From contig JANMKN010000212.1 in NCBI GenBank assembly GCA_031372065.1, forward strand, positions 1 through 14,474: DNA of 14,474 bases, read 5' to 3'. The stretch comes from Abditibacteriaceae bacterium. GTDB lineage: Bacteria > Armatimonadota > Abditibacteriia > Abditibacteriales > Abditibacteriaceae. The notes under the pieces were generated by a model. That model searched no databases, was not told the origin of the DNA, and saw only the letters and a list, made by a program, of their open reading frames with translations. This document shows, one piece after another, positions 13,501 through 14,474 of the stretch (positions within the stretch are counted from its first letter, which is position 1; every line of letters begins with the position of its first letter). A program made the position numbers and the translations under genes.

Positions 13501-14353
13501 AACGCCTTCTCAAACCAACGCCGAAAATGCGAAATCGCCCGCCGAGCGCTTGCAAAAAATCATCGCGCGGGCGGGCGTTGTTTCGCGCCGCAAAGCCGAA
13601 GAATTGATTTTAGAAGGCCGCGTTTCGGTCAACGGACATATCGTGCGCGAACTCGGCGCCAAAGCCGATCCGCAGAGCGACAGCATTGTTGTGGATGGCA
13701 ATCCGCTGCGTGAAGCGGGCGAAACCGTTGTCTTGCTGTTGCACAAGCCCAAAGGCTATATGTCCACGCGCAACGACCCCGAAGGTCGCCCCACAGTGAT
13801 GGATTTGCTGCCGAAAAAATACGAGCATTTGCATCCCATCGGGCGCCTCGATTACGAAACGGCGGGCGTGCTGCTTTTCACCAACGATGGCGAATTGACC
13901 AACCTGCTGACGCATCCTTCGCACGGCGTCACCAAAACCTATTGGGCGCGCATCAAAGGCAAAATCAAGCGCGAAACGCTGCAAAAATTAGCGCGCGGCG
14001 TCATGCTGGAAGACGGCCCGACAGCGCCCTGCCACACGCGCATCAAAGCCGAAACACTTACCAATACTTTAGTGGAAGTAGTGCTGCACGAAGGCCGCAA
14101 CCGGCAAGTGCGACGGATGCTCGAAGCCGTCGGCCATCCGGTGCGCGCTCTGCGTCGCGCCGGTTTTGCCAACCTCAGTTTGGAAGGCTTGCCACCCGGC
14201 GCCGTGCGCGAACTATTATCCGGCGAAGTGCGCCAATTGCGCAAATTAGCTGGTGCGAAACCGAAAAGTAGACCTGCCACATCTTCTCGCCCGAAAACAG
14301 CGGCCACAAAGCATCAACTGACAGAAAAAATCGAAGATGTTTGGGATGAGTAA
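13109..14353 (+). CDS. rluB: 23S rRNA pseudouridine synthase (RluB/RsuA family) with long low-complexity N-terminal extension
   Basis: S4 domain ERLQKIIARAGVVSRRKAEELILEGRVSVNG; HKPKGY; catalytic GRLD; TNDGEL...LTHPS; EGRNRQVRRM. Start is uncertain (GTG 13091, ATG 13109, or later). Confidence 0.88.
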   Translation: MKNDNNQRGARPQIKRPTGKTPTIQTDETLNQRTVRGQSRPPTASSRPAQRNSETQRTATRPGKPNNSATARPAVSTNNATRPARQSVKPSLVSASSSSRASSTTKTKTATSRPNSTTRANSLNRPAPAGKTPSQTNAENAKSPAERLQKIIARAGVVSRRKAEELILEGRVSVNGHIVRELGAKADPQSDSIVVDGNPLREAGETVVLLLHKPKGYMSTRNDPEGRPTVMDLLPKKYEHLHPIGRLDYETAGVLLFTNDGELTNLLTHPSHGVTKTYWARIKGKIKRETLQKLARGVMLEDGPTAPCHTRIKAETLTNTLVEVVLHEGRNRQVRRMLEAVGHPVRALRRAGFANLSLEGLPPGAVRELLSGEVRQLRKLAGAKPKSRPATSSRPKTAATKHQLTEKIEDVWDE

Positions 14354-14403
14354 AAGTTGCTTCTCTGCGGAGTTGTGAAACCTCCGGCAAGGCGATTTAG
14401 TAG

Positions 14404-14460
14404 AAAAAAAGACCAAAAAACGGGCAAAAGTAACCACTTTTGCCCGATTTTTGTCGTTTT
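14404..14460. terminator. Long hairpin, likely bidirectional intrinsic terminator
   Basis: CGGGCAAAAGT (14421-14431) - AACC - ACTTTTGCCCG (14436-14446) is a perfect 11-bp stem. It is flanked by A-runs and T-runs that extend the pairing imperfectly. Confidence 0.75.
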
Positions 14461-14474
14461 GAGGCTTCAAACGT

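Noticed and set aside
619..14470. Remaining short alternative-frame and antisense ORFs in the track
   Set aside because: They overlap well-supported genes or the terminal hairpin and show no recognisable domains.

Overview
A bacterial chromosomal segment of fairly high GC. All ten credible genes are on the + strand, in this order: a large secreted protein with three copies of a CBM-like beta-sandwich module; a stand-alone lipoyl + E3-binding protein (an E2 subunit without its catalytic domain); acpS; a low-GC SMI1/KNR4-like immunity gene; a FabG-like SDR; a secreted alpha/beta hydrolase; a REC-PAS-GGDEF diguanylate cyclase; an FAH-family (XylX/KdaD-like) dehydratase; a DUF1559/H-X9-DG pseudopilin-like protein; an S11 D-Ala-D-Ala carboxypeptidase; and rluB. 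The DUF1559/H-X9-DG gene suggests Armatimonadota/Abditibacteriota or PVC lineages (inference only). The least-explained features are mostly non-coding: (i) a mosaic 21-bp-register array at 103-383; (ii) a (CCACTGA)n tract with a degenerate inverted arm that abuts the acpS start; (iii) a 42-bp palindromic repeat at 8352-8470 with a compensatory stem change, a flipped loop and a perfect 22-bp inverted repeat; (iv) -10 boxes 6-7 nt upstream of three ATGs, suggesting leaderless mRNAs; and (v) a ~400-nt dual-frame overlap between dac and rluB. I found no CRISPR array, RNA gene or transposase.
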